Of a DNA stretch of 62,760 bases, positions 12,709 through 25,345 are shown in pieces. Every line of letters starts with the position of its first letter. The stretch's first letter is position 1. The notes below the pieces were generated by a model. That model was not told the origin of the DNA. It ran no database searches and worked only from the letters and a program-made list of their open reading frames with translations. This DNA is from Octopus bimaculoides. Taxonomy: Eukaryota. The translations under genes were made by a program, and so were the position numbers. The stretch covers positions 29,223,428 through 29,286,187 of the forward strand of contig NC_069001.1 in NCBI RefSeq assembly GCF_001194135.2, given 5' to 3'.

Positions 12709-14070
12709 TGGCGTAACACTTTAAAAGCCCTAAAATTGATTGAAGGAAAAAATATGAGCATCTGTAGATTCACGCAGTTTGACATTCCGGAATTGTATTC
12801 AACTAAATTGAATATCTTAGTTAATCGAGGGCCTTGGGTTGCATAAATCTGTCACTGATCGTTGTAAGCGGGATTCTGACATCATTCAACACTCATAAGA
12901 ATTGTTCCTTTTTATCGATAACCACGCGTGTATTATGAAATGCGGTGGAGAATGATACGAGGTGTATATGGGACCATAATAGAAGCTAGGCGAGTGAGAT
13001 TATAAGGTTATATATTACACATTTACTAAGGAAATTTCCCGAGATGGTCTGTGGTGTATGTTAATGATTGGCTGACTCTATCCTGAAATTGTAGCAATCA
13101 AAAGCTAGATAGAGTTAGTGAAAACTTGATGTAGATATTCCTCAAAATAAGGGTTAGTATTGCTCTAGATACTAGCATTATCGCCGTTAATTTTCTCGAT
13201 GTCACTTTGAGACAAGTATTGATGATTTCAGACCATATCATAAAACACAAGAGAAGTTAGTATACATATACTATATACACATAAACAATCGAATCGCCCG
13301 CCTTAGATATTGAGGAACACGGTTAAAGATATAGAGGGCAGCTACGTTATCTTCTTATGAAGTTGACATTATATCTGCCATCTCTTACGAAGATGTCATA
13401 GTTGCCATCTAAAAGAAGTAGATTATGTAATAACTTTAGCTACATAAGAAACACAGGCACTTGGAACACAGCGTAGGAATAGGAATATTTTATGGTAAAA
13501 CACGATATTTAAGCTAGCATTAAAAATGAAATAGCTAGAGGATGACTCAATTTAATAGACGACCGTTCCCTGACAGGATATAACCAGAGCAAAATATTAA
13601 ATACGAACGGTTTTGATGTGAGTTATTCAGGTAGCAAGAATTTCCCGTGCTATATCAGAAGTTATAAAGCTGCGAAGCTGAATACAGGAGAGTAGCAAAT
13701 AGCTACTCAACAAAAATCATATATCTGTAGAATTCGTGAAAACTGTACTCTAGACGGTAACAGGCTGGCATAGTCGATTATATACAGTGCCATGTTTGAA
13801 CCTAACGGCAGTGATGATACGAACACGTATACTTATACAACGGACCTCACATGCAGAAAGCATTATTCCAAGCACAAACGTTCATTTGCCAGTACTGATA
13901 TAAGAAATGTCGAAAGCCTGCGTCGTATTTCCCCACGGTTACAAAATTACCGACGATGTTGTGGACACTGTGCAACCGTACATGTAAAGCACCTTCCAAA
14001 CGTTGTGACATTTCTTTCGTTGAAAAATTGTGAAATTTCTCTCGATGCAATAACAGTGTGGAATGAACTG
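12709..14070 (+). mobile_element. Penelope-like retroelement relic (RT plus C-terminal GIY-YIG endonuclease)
   Basis: Motifs in the expected order despite stops and frameshifts: WRNT; FTQFDIPELYS (about 12770-12800); EVYMG; SRDGL; VNFLDVTL; FRPYHK; KQSNRPP; RNRNILW; KILNTNGFDVSYS (about 13592-13629); CRIRENCTLDGNRLA*SIIYSA; HYSKHKRSF. These match the PLE RT, thumb and GIY-YIG consensus as recalled. Confidence 0.7.
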
Positions 14071-14529
14071 AGCGATTAACGACTTGAATGGAGGAGACTA
14101 TGTATCTTTCATAAAACTAAAATATGTGGGCAGGTGATGGTAGAGCTAGGTGACCAAGGCACACAATTGGAAATATTTTTGAACGTTTTAAAATATATTA
14201 CCAGAGAACGTTTAAGCCAGAGTGCAAGACTATAATGCACACAAGAACACAGAATGTGATATTACAATATAAAGTATGCAATTAATGTATGACATTAATT
14301 CGAAATGTATTATATAATATGTTGTTTTTTTTTTATGTGACATAGATGAGTAGCGAAATAGAATAGAAATGAAATCAAACCCTTGTTATTTGGAAATATG
14401 CAATAGGATGATTCCAATATAGAAGGCAATTATGAAATACCACTTAATATTCAAATTCATCGCTATTTACTTTATGTATCTCAGATTATTTACGTTTTCA
14501 ATCTCAATACGAGTTACTATTTTCAAGAC

Positions 14530-14900
14530 ACATAGGTGTTGGGCTAAGCAGTTTGCTTTGCAACCATGGGGTTTAGTGTTCAGGCCCACTGTGCGCATAT
14601 CGGCCAAGTGTGTTCTACTAGAATCCGAGCTCACCGTAGGCTTTGTGAATAAAATTAGTAGACAGAAATTCTGTTGAATGTCCTCGTATTTGTATGTATC
14701 GTAGTATAATTGTGTGAATATGCGATTGTCTTTCTCAAATATCAACGTTTGTCAGTCCGTGCTGTTTCGTGTATGCCCCCATAACTTAGTGCTTTGGCAA
14801 CAGATAGATACTGACAAAATAAGTTCCGGTTTGAAAAGGTATAACTTGGAACGATTTCTTCGGTTAGTGACCTTTATATAGCCGCTGTCCCGTGACTGGA
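14530..14900 (+). mobile_element. SINE-B, diverged
   Basis: GCAACCATGGGGTTTAGTGTTCAGGCCCACTGTGCG...GGCCAAGTGTGTTCTACTAG...CCCCATAACTTAGTGCTTTGGCAA; A-rich end. Confidence 0.6.
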
Positions 14901-15011
14901 ACATTTCAAAAAAAAAAAAAAAAAAATTATATCATGTTCAATTAAACATATACAATGCATGTTCCAGTACTTCGGGCATAACTCTATGTATGTATGTATG
15001 TATATCAGAAT

Positions 15012-15597
15012 TAGTGGTGCAACAACGCACCAATGTTTACTGGAAATAGCAGTTGATAAAGATACGACGCTATGTAAAGCTTCACTGAAATGTATCCTGC
15101 CAAATGTGTATGCGTGCAGTAAGTTTTAAAATTTTCGTCTTACCTCTTGGAAGAAAATCAGAAAAATGGACATCTAGAATGGATAACCCGTGTTTCAGAC
15201 TTTCTCAAATATGCTTTTTATCGTAAATTTTATTAGTCGTCATCAGCCAAATTGACTTGAAACGAAATTTTTAAATATCGCTACATCTTGCCAGTATATT
15301 TGGCTTAACGGCTACCAATTAACCGAAGAGAGATCATTAAACAAGTTTCTATGAAAATTTTAAACATCATTCCGATACAATAGTGTCACTTTCCAGTTAA
15401 ATAAAGTACCCAAATAGTAGAATTATAAATAAGAAATAGTGGTATAACAAAGTACTAATGGAAATAGTAGTCAATGATTCTACGCTGTTATGTAAGGCTT
15501 CACTGAAATTTGTACTTGAAAAGATGTACACAGGCAACATACTTAAAAATATTTCGTCTTACCTGAAGGAAGAACATCGGAAAAATGGACAATCTTG
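15012..15597. repeat. Diverged direct duplication, about 165-bp units at 15012-15180 and 15437-15597
   Basis: Shared blocks TAGTGGT...TGGAAATAG.AG...TATGTAA.GCTTCACTGAAAT...TTTCGTCTTACCT...GGAAGAA.ATC.GAAAAATGGACA. Confidence 0.8.
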
Positions 15598-15806
15598 GGC
15601 CAAAATTTGAAATCAATTGATTATGACTGTATGTGTTCTGCTTACATGTATCCGTATGGATGCATCAGTCAAATCCGCTCACCAAAGCATTCGCCATGTA
15701 TGGTACTCCGGTCTGTAGAATCAACTCTGAACAAAATGTCTTCTGTAGGATTTGAACACAAAGAAACCCACAAGCATATACCTATTTCAATAATGATGTA
15801 TAAAGA

Positions 15807-16020
15807 GGTGGCGAGCTGACGGAATCGTTAGCACGCTGAGCGAAATGATTGACAGTACTTCGTCAGTCTTTACGTTGTGAGTTCAAATTCCGCCGAGGTC
15901 AACTTTGCCTTTCATCCTTACGGGGTCGATAAATTAAATACCAGTTGCGTACTGGAGTTGATCTAATCGACTGGCTCCCTCCCCCAAAATTTCGGGCCTT
16001 GTGCCTCGAGTTAAAGAAAA
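15807..16020 (+). mobile_element. SINE-A, full length with standard tail
   Basis: GGTGGCGAGCTGACGGAATCGTTAGCACG...GAGTTCAAATTCCGCCGAGGTCAACTTTGCCTTTCATCC...GGGGTCGATAAATTAAATACCAG...TTTCGGGCCTTGTGCCTCGAG. Confidence 0.9.
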
Positions 16021-16657
16021 GTATTTGAGGATATGAAGTCAATATTATTAGAAGAAGAAAACTACAGAAATTTGATTGAAAGAGATTTGTGGAGATAACG
16101 TTGACCCGCCAGGAGTGGCGGTGGAATTTAAAGAGTTACCACCAGTGGAGGATTTAAGAGATATCGAACCACTAATGAAGTTCTACTAAAGGCAACAAAA
16201 AAAGGATGAAATTAAATGGTACTGCATGGGAGTGGGGCCCATGCGTCCATTTTCATTTTTATATACCTTTCATTTCGTTTACATTCGTTTTATGTCCCCA
16301 CCATTTCTTTTCGTTCTACGTCATAAATAGATGTACGTTTTTCTTTAAATTAATAATCGAATGATGTTATTGAGTGCCTGAAGGGCAGAATATTCCGTGC
16401 GTTAACATTGATAGACGTCCGAAACATTCGACACTTCATTCTTAGTGTAACTTCTGCACATGATGAATATTTTTTTTTTTTCACGTCTTGTGTTCTCATT
16501 TCGTCTTCGCTCACACATTTACCTCATCACTAGAGGACTTAGTGATTATGTCACAATATACCTAATTGCATTATAGTTATTTCAATATGAAACTTCCTAA
16601 TGAAACAAATGTGATAGTAGTCGATATATATACATGCATACATATTTTTTTATTATT

Positions 16658-16845
16658 TTTATTGTTTCAGTTATTTGAGTCCGGCCATGCTGGAGCACCA
16701 CCTTTAGTCAAGGAAATCGATCCCAAACTTATAGTTTGTAAGCCTAGTACTTAATCTATAGGTATCTTTTACCAAACGGCTAAGTTACAGGGATGTAAAC
16801 GCACCAGCATTGGTTGGCAAGTGACGTTGGGTGGACAAACAGACA
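16658..16845 (-). mobile_element. SINE-B 3' half
   Basis: GGCCATGCTGGAGCACC...AAGCCTAGTACTT...CGGCTAAGTTACAGGGATGTAAAC matches the 3' half of 6225-6616. Confidence 0.8.
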
Positions 16846-18130
16846 TCTATGTTTAGGGCTTTATGCCTAATAAAGAAATAGGTATTTCGTCAATGTGAGG
16901 TGGAAGTATTGGTATTATTACCTAAGTGCGTCTATACAGTAAGTCTGGTTTCTGTTGACTGTTTCCTTGTCGTTATCTGTTTTATTTGCTGTACCTGTTA
17001 AAACTTGTATAATAGTTTTAGTTAGAAAACTATTTTGTATTTTCCCCGTAAGGGGTAACATTAATTGCTGGCAAGATGTCAAAAAGTTTGTATTCATCTG
17101 ACGAGGATTCGATCGATTTAGAGACCAAAAATATTGAAAAAATGTTTGGGATTCGTCTGAAAACGAATTCCCACCAATGTCGAGGATTACCGTTGCAAAG
17201 AAAAACGTCGAAGTGAAAAGCCTTCAAACGGAGGAAGGTAAACAGGAAAAAAAGTTTTGCGTCTACAGCTGGAGATAGAACTCGCCAACTGTCCAGGAAT
17301 AAAAGTGGCGTTTAAATGTACAAGGACATGATAATAATTCAAGACGGCGTTGTCAAGGTTCAATCCCCAGAAGAGCTTTTATTGACAGAGAAGAATAAAA
17401 AATTATATTTAAAACATACTGCCAAAACGAAAGAAAAATAGAGCGATGACGCGAGGAGAAGGTATAAACATGTCTGAAGCCCCACTGGCAGGATATCACA
17501 TATCTAACTAGAGGGGAAAAGTTTGGTAACATCGAGGTACACCTAAAACACATTGAAATTGCACAAATGCACTCGGTAAAATCCTTGGAAATAGAAGACG
17601 TGGTTTTAATACCAACATACATGGGTATGAGGACATCCAAAATACGAATACCAAAGGTCCCACCTCAAGTCGACCCTATATGGTTGATGGCGGCATTCCT
17701 GGCAAAAATGTAACAATACTTCAGGCTACATTTTCAGAAAACGCAAATTAGACCGACAACACGGTCCACCAGTTAATTCAAACAAAACAGGCTGTATTAG
17801 AACAGCTTCCAAAAAAATAGACGTTGAGGAGTTCCTCAACGCTTTTCTCGAGGGAAGTAAACTCCGACGTTTTCAGTGTAGCCAGCTAGGCCATATTAAA
17901 AAAAATACTGTAAGGAAGGCGAGGAGGAATCTGAAAATGAGGGGGAAGAGAAGGAAAAAAAAAAACAGAAAAGAAAGATATTAGCAAAAGCAAAATGGGA
18001 AATGCAAACCAACCAAAACAAGTAGAAACACGACCAAAAGGAAAAAAAACACCAAAAAGAGTCCAACCAAAGATAAGGAAAAAAGTAGCAGACAGAGGAA
18101 TTGTGGCACTACATAGTAAAAATGATGACT
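16846..18130 (+). mobile_element. Decayed gag-like ORF1 of an L1/Tx1-type LINE, preceded by a tail fragment and the SINE-A target motif
   Basis: ATG at 17076 (MSKSLYSSDEDSIDLETKNIEK..., then DSSENEFPPMSR after a frameshift). VVLIPTYMGMRTSKIRIPKVPPQVDPIWLMAAFL at 17600-17701. EGSKLRRFQCSQLGHIKK-YC at 17850-17911 is a CX2CX4HX4C knuckle with the first C mutated (CGT) and a 1-nt indel. A K/E-rich tail follows. Clade assignment is inference. Confidence 0.55.
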
Positions 18131-18254
18131 TAATGAGAGAAATAAAAAAGTTTTTTTTTTTTTTTTTTNNNNNNNNNNNNNNNNNNNNNNNNNNNNNNNN
18201 NNNNNNNNNNNNNNNNNNNNNNNNNNNNNNNNNNNNNNNNNNNNNNNNNNNNNN

Positions 18255-18336
<82 letters not shown>

Positions 18337-18344
<8 letters not shown>

Positions 18345-18500
18345 CGACGGGCTTCTTTCAGTTTACGTCTACCAGATCCACTACAAGGATTTTGGTTGAC
18401 CCGAGGCTATAGTAGAAGGCGCCAATGGTGCCACCCAGTGAAACTGAACCTGGGACTAGACTGTGTGATTGGTAAGCAAGCTACTATCCACACAACCACT
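18337..18500 (-). mobile_element. SINE-B 5' half
   Basis: TATACGACGGGCTTCTTTCAGTTT...GAGGCTATAGTAGAAG...ACTGAACC...TTGGTAAGCAAGCTAC; abuts (TG)n/(TA)n and a gap. Confidence 0.8.
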
Positions 18501-19384
18501 ATACATAGATATATATGCATACATACATGTTTGTATTCTGTGTATGTTTGTATGTATATGCGTGGTGGATAATAAACTGCAACGCCTTTTTTATGCTATA
18601 ATATTATGTTTTAATACTCAACTACAAAACGGAAAGAGAACATTCCAATGTATCTACGAAGGCAGCGTATTTCACAGTCTGAACGTCATATTTTAACTAT
18701 TATTCGTGGAAACACTACTAAAATAATTCTATCATATATAAAATATATTCATTCACCCTCTTAATCTCGATGTGTCACACATTGTGATAATCCTGGTAGA
18801 GTTCTAATCAATTATATGCATATGTACAGTGTGAAATATTGATTGCTTGATTATGTTATGCTCTTTCATTAAATGATTTATCTTAGCTAATTCATAGTTA
18901 TTTGACAGTTAATATTACACAAATAGTTTTATATAACACTATCTGAATGTAATGAATTCTTTTTACCAAATTTACGAGCATTGTTATAGAATACATCGTA
19001 TCGTCGTCATTGTTGGTGCTGTTTTTATTATTTCACTTTGTTCAAATTGTCAGCTGCAGACGTCTTCGGAGACTTACGCCCAAAATAATTGTAAGCTTGA
19101 TGAAAGTACATTTTCTACGCTTTATATTTTTATTACTACTTTAACCAGGTTTTGTGAAAGAACGTGGAGTAGTGTTTCAGGTGTTATAGTCGTGCTCGCT
19201 AGATCGAGGTTTCGAATCCCGGACCGTGTTCGCGTGTTACTTTCTTGAGGACGTGTTCCTGAGCAAAATCCTTCTATTCGCGTTGCTCCTGTTGACGTAG
19301 GTCTAAATACGTGGCCCTTCAACCGGTCGGCATTCCCTTCAGGTATTACGTGTTGATCTTAGACGCCTCTTCACCATGGAATTA

Positions 19385-19560
19385 TTAACATGCCGGGAAA
19401 ATGATTGGTAGTATTTCGTCCGTTTTTATGTTTAAATTACGCTGAAGTCGAATTTGCCTTTTATCCTTTCGGTGTCGATAAATAAGTACCAGGTACTGGC
19501 GTCTATGTAATTATTAATCCCTCACCCAAAATTACTAGCCTTGTGGTAAAATTTGAAATC
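19385..19560 (+). mobile_element. SINE-A, diverged
   Basis: ATGCCGGGAAAATG...GTATTTCGTCCG...GAAGTCGAATTTGCCTTTTATCCTTTCGGTGTCGATAA...AGTACCAG. Confidence 0.65.
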
Positions 19561-20431
19561 AGTCTCTGAAAGTCGAGACAGCATTTGTGCGCACTGACAT
19601 TTGATATGAATGTCGAAGGAAACAATTTCAAATGGATTATTGAAGCCAAGCCAACCACCAGGAGACCTATTTGTGAACGGAGAACTGGAGAGTTAGCAAA
19701 TATCCATAATCTCAGTTGATCACGCGAGGGAACTCGACCTGAATGCCGAATGAATTTTGCTTCTGATAGGATTATAAGGCGGAGATGCCTGAGGACTCCA
19801 TCTCCAAATTATTGCGAGGAATAGTAGACTGAACAGATGAATAGAGATTGAAAATCCTGGAAATATGTTATCCTTCTATTTGGGCCATATTTTAAAGTAA
19901 TATCATGTTGCCTTTATAGATATCTAGTTGTAAGTCTAAACATATTAGTCTAATATGTAAAAGCGACTTTCTTTGAAGGCACAACTTGAAACAAAGTAAG
20001 TAACGCAAGATAGGTTTCAATTTACGATAATCAATACCACATAACGCAATCACCAACATCTTAATACTTGTATGACCTTAATTATGTTCTTTGATTAATA
20101 TGTTCCCTTCGGCCATTGTCCTAAAGAAACTACAGATGAATTTTGACAGCGTACACGCGTTTCCTTATATTCACATGAGAAATTTAGCTGTTGGTAAAGT
20201 TTTAGTTACACAGCTTGATATTTTCGTAACTTATTTTATTTAATCTCCAGTCGAGATGGTATCAATAAACGTTAAGTGCTTTTTCGGGAATTTATCTTTT
20301 GAAACTAAATTACATCTCCTAGCCATGGTAAATTAGCACATTTGTATATCTACAATCTCAGTGAAAATCTTTATGTTCTTACCCCTAAACCATCCCGCAT
20401 TACACGCGCACGCAAACACACATACACTTAT

Positions 20432-20505
<74 letters not shown>

Positions 20506-20779
20506 ATGTGCGCGTGCGTGCGTCTCTATCTCTCTCTATATATGTATACATNNNNNNNNNNNNNNNNNNNNNNNNNNNNNNNNNNNNNNNNNNNNNNNNN
20601 NNNNNNNNNNNNNNNNNNNNNNNNNNNNNNNNNNNNNNNNNNNNNNNNNNNNNNNNNNNNNNNNNNNNNNNNNNNNNNNNNNNNNNNNNNNNNNNNNNNN
20701 NNNNNNNNNNNNNNTATATACATGCATATGCAACTATATCATATAAAAATACATACATGCATATGAATAAATACATATA

Positions 20780-20818
<39 letters not shown>

Positions 20819-21213
20819 TCCCATATTTGTACTGCCTTCTCGTCTTGCAGAATTGATATGATAAAAGGACATTTAAGTGATTTAATATGTTTTATATACA
20901 CTTTCCTGGCATATATATATCGCACACAGAAGGACGTGAGGTATGTAGTAATTGTATAATAATTATTGCTGAATCAGACACAAATTTTCGAAACCGAATT
21001 TCAGCTGGCTTTTATATCGACCCGTCTGTTTCGTTGGTATATTGTTATGTTTCACAATGGGAAAGGATTTGAACAGCCGAAATAAATGCTAGAATAATGC
21101 TAAAGACATTTTCGACGCTGCAACTATTTCAGCCATTCGGAACTTTTTCTCTGTGAAACTATCATGACCCCATTAATTGTGCATTAATTGTGCATCTATT
21201 TGTAAATTTTGCG

Positions 21214-21247
<34 letters not shown>

Positions 21248-21366
21248 NNNNNNNNNNAGAAAACATGTGACATTAATAAAAATCTGTAAATGTACAACCA
21301 TCCAGATTTCTGAGTACCTCAATTTTTTTTTCTATAATATAATTCCTGTACAACACCTCCAAACAT

Positions 21367-21419
<53 letters not shown>

Positions 21420-21886
21420 TATGCAATTGATATACATGCACACACACACAAACACACACACATACATGTATATGCATACATATTGCATTTAAAAGTATGT
21501 ATTTTTAGGCATTCTAATTTTCTTTGCCTAATTTCCATGCACTTTATATTTTTCGGAAATGTATCTTCTGATCAATTAATTTTGAATCTTTAAAATTTCG
21601 TTGTTGTAGCAAATGCTTTTTTACTGCAAAAAAAAAAAACAATGGTAAGGAAAGGGAATTTTGATTAATAATATTTTCCTCATCTTTTATTATCTATACG
21701 TGATAAAAAATTAAAAAATCCAATGAATATGCGTCACGTAATTGCAAGCACACACCATGTAGGTGCGTCTTACTTAAATGTACATGATCATATACATAGC
21801 AACTTCATTTCGGAACGTCCTGGCGTGCATCTTACCAAGAAATGAAGAATCCCCATTCCATATTGCACACCTTTCCACAAAATAAT

Positions 21887-22598
21887 TTATTCTGTATGCG
21901 GGTTGTCAAAGATTATTGCAAATTGTTGCGTCCATAAGAATTTGGTTCGATCTCTCCTTCTCGCTGACTCAAAGTAATGAAGCCAATATTCATCCCGTGT
22001 GAAGAAATTTTCAAGGAAACCAGCTCGATCGAATTGAAACACTATCAAATTTCCCCGAGCTGTGATCAGTCTGGTGCACTTTTGATTAGTTGTCAAAAGA
22101 CACAAAAACCTCGTCGTGCCATATTCATTGTACGGGATATTTTGAACTGTCTGAAGTGACATGCTTATAACATTGGCTATTTGATTTATAGTCAATCGGC
22201 AATCATCCATAAACCTGTCCTGAACGCGACCAATATTTACCTCGGCGGTGACAATTTCAGGACATCCAGACCCTGAATTAATTAAAGACTTTCCCCCTTC
22301 GCACCTAAATTCCGCTGCCAACATATGTACTATTGGTAAAGCTAAAGCGTCATTATTCTAATTTAGCAAGCCTTTCAGCCGTAATATCCTTGGGGACAAA
22401 AATCTTTTGCTGCCACGATACCAATTTTTTTTTTCCATTTTTCAAAGTAAGTCTATTGCTTACGTTTGAATTCTTCTTTGTACAGTCAAATATCAGTTTA
22501 TCCGGAAAGATAATTTGCGGTTATCAATGAGTGTTTCACTATTCTAGCATCACGCCTTTCTACTCAGTCTATGTATGAATATTTCATCCTGCCCCGTA
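21887..22598 (-). mobile_element. Mariner-family transposon 5' relic (N-terminal transposase, 3' part missing)
   Basis: Minus ORF AAEFRCEGGKSL...SGCP...NIGRVQDRFMDDCRLTINQIAN...CLLTTNQKCTRL...FLENFFTRDEYWLHYFE matches the mariner HTH, WVPRLLT region and first catalytic D (TxDE). Possible left end TACGGGGCAGGATGAAAT at 22598. Confidence 0.8.
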
Positions 22599-22739
22599 CA
22601 AAATAGCTGGTGCCATCATTTCAGCTCTCATTGATTGTACCTCATGCAACGTCTTTGAAATCCATTTGATGATGACGAGGAATCATATTTCTTACAAGAT
22701 AGAAAACTTCCTCGCTGATGCAAAATTATAGATTGATGA

Positions 22740-23180
22740 ATATCACTGTAACGGATGGACTGTGTGAAGAGGTAGTACGGAAAACAACACGTGTATGCAA
22801 AAGTCACAACAGCAAAATGAATGTATGCACTGAAAGGGGTCATGAAAATTGTTACTCACCACAAATCCGCTAGATATATTAAAATTATGTTTTTGTATCT
22901 CCAATATTAACAGCATATTAATTATATATATTCCATCGCTTTTATATAATTGCATGTAATTGGTAGACTCTTAATATCAGCATCCCCTGATCTTATGCCA
23001 CTGACGATACGCAACTTCACTTAAATTCCTGTCGAGTTCCACAGTAAATATATTTTTAGTCCATAGTTAAAGGAACGCATCGTATAAACAATCCGTGACA
23101 CACTGTGAGAGCTTATCCCCCAAAGGTTTATTCCAGCACACGCTTGTTATTGAAAGGACGAGTTTCATCAACCTATAAGT
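22740..23180 (+). mobile_element. Heavily decayed Tc1/mariner C-terminal relic
   Basis: IGRLLISASPDLMPL (about 22958-23002) and LKERIV resemble WIGR..WP.RSPDL.PLD...LK.RI of IS630/Tc1/mariner transposases. Confidence 0.4.
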
Positions 23181-23512
23181 AATTCTATTAAAATTTGTTT
23201 GTATAGATATGAATATATTGAAATATCATCATACACGAGTGATATTTAACTCACTTTTCCATAAATAAAACATCAAATCGAACGGATTAGAAATAAATCA
23301 AACAGCATTATATACTAATATGAATAATAAAACAGTAAGCGAAAAAATATTAATTTCTGACATGTATGCTGTAAATCATTTAGACATGTATTCCTTCAGC
23401 TGTTTGCGGTAGATAACTGATTCTGGTTGAATGAAATATATGAAATCACGGCTGACCAAACCTCCCTTACTCCAAACATATATTTCCGTCTTACACTTTC
23501 CTCTATCTGTAG

Positions 23513-23546
<34 letters not shown>

Positions 23547-24102
23547 GCGGAGTGTGAGAGAGTATAGAAAGGCATATATAGATATATGAGAGATATTGAG
23601 AGGCATATATAGATGTAAATACGAAATAAATATGTATAAATAAGCGTGTGCTTCTAAATATATGTATCTATGTGTGTGTATACGTATATACACATACAAG
23701 AATATATACCTTTGTACATATATACGCATGCATGTATGATTGTATGAATTCGTATATGTAGCATTCCATGTGGTTCTGTGTGATATCCATTCTTCTTGTT
23801 CAGATTAAATTTCTTTCGCTTTAATTTTTTTTATAAAGATTCGACTAACTTCATTGATTTATTTCAGTGCTTGTTTTGCTGTATGTTAGCATGTTTCAGT
23901 TTGCACTTTTTTTTTTAATTTCAATTATTGTTTTAATCTTCGCTGGTTATTTATATTTTGCTTTATATTCTCACTTTTATATCAACTGTGCCTTTATCAA
24001 TTTTAACGAAAATTCGTAATAACCAATGTTCACAAACACACACATACCTACATACATAAGCACATATACACACACAAACCCATAGATATACTTGTGTATA
24101 TA

Positions 24103-24136
<34 letters not shown>

Positions 24137-24970
24137 ATGTATGTATAAAACTATGTTTGCACTAAACACAGACACATAAGCACACAGCCATATGGACACA
24201 TACATATATATANNNNNNNNNNNNNNNNNNNNNNNNNNNNNNNNNNNNNNNNNNNNNNNNNNNNNNNNNNNNNNNNNNNNNNNNNNNNNNNNNNNNNNNN
24301 NNNNNNNNNNNNNNNNNNNNNNNNNNNNNNNNNNNNNNNNNNNNNNNNNNNNNNNNNNNNNNNNNNNNNNNNNNNNNNNNNNNNNNNNNNNNNNNNNNNN
24401 NNNNNNNNNNNNNNNNNNNNNNNNNNNNNNNNNNNNNNNNNNNNNNNNNNNNNNNNNNNNNNNNNNNNNNNNNNNNNNNNNNNNNNNNNNNNNNNNNNNN
24501 NNNNNNNNNNNNNNNNNNNNNNNNNNNNNNNNNNNNNNNNNNNNNNNNNNNNNNNNNNNNNNNNNNNNNNNNNNNNNNNNNNNNNNNNNNNNNNNNNNNN
24601 NNNNNNNNNNNNNNNNNNNNNNNNNNNNNNNNNNNNNNNNNNNNNNNNNNNNNNNNNNNNNNNNNNNNNNNNNNNNNNNNNNNNNNNNNNNNNNNNNNNN
24701 NNNNNNNNNNNNNNNNNNNNNNNNNNNNNNNNNNNNNNNNNNNNNNNNNNNNNNNNNNNNNNNNNNNNNNNNNNNNNNNNNNNNNNNNNNNNNNNNNNNN
24801 NNNNNNNNNNNNNNNNNNNNNNNNNNNNNNNNNNNNNNNNNNNNNNNNNNNNNNNNNNNNNNNNNNNNNNNNNNNNNNNNNNNNNNNNNNNNNNNNNNNN
24901 NNNNNNNNNNNNNNNNNNNNNNNNNNNNNNNNNNNNNNNNNNNNNNNNNNNNNNNNNNNNNNNNNNNNNN

Positions 24971-25010
<40 letters not shown>

Positions 25011-25345
25011 TATGCCTCTGAGATGTGTATTGTTTGCAACAATACCTTTCTATAGTTTTATATATGTGTGCGTCCGTGTGTGCATGTGTCTGTGCGTTTG
25101 AGTGTGCTTGTGAGTTTTGTGTTGGAAATCCTGTTTACTTTTCTGGCTATTGTACACTTTCTTAATCTGTGCGTTACAACAACAAAACCAGCTGTTGGTC
25201 TACTATACATAATTTACGTTATACGTGATGAATAGCATCTTACAGGTTTTTTTGATATTTCTACATAGAAAATCACAGCACCAATAGCAAAAATATTATA
25301 TATTCTTATCTTCGCTTATTTTATCCTTGTCATTTAATAATTTAC

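Noticed and set aside
14343-14358. Minimal hammerhead ribozyme downstream of the Penelope relic
   Set aside because: The core reads TAGATGAG rather than CTGANGA, and I could not find the flanking stems.
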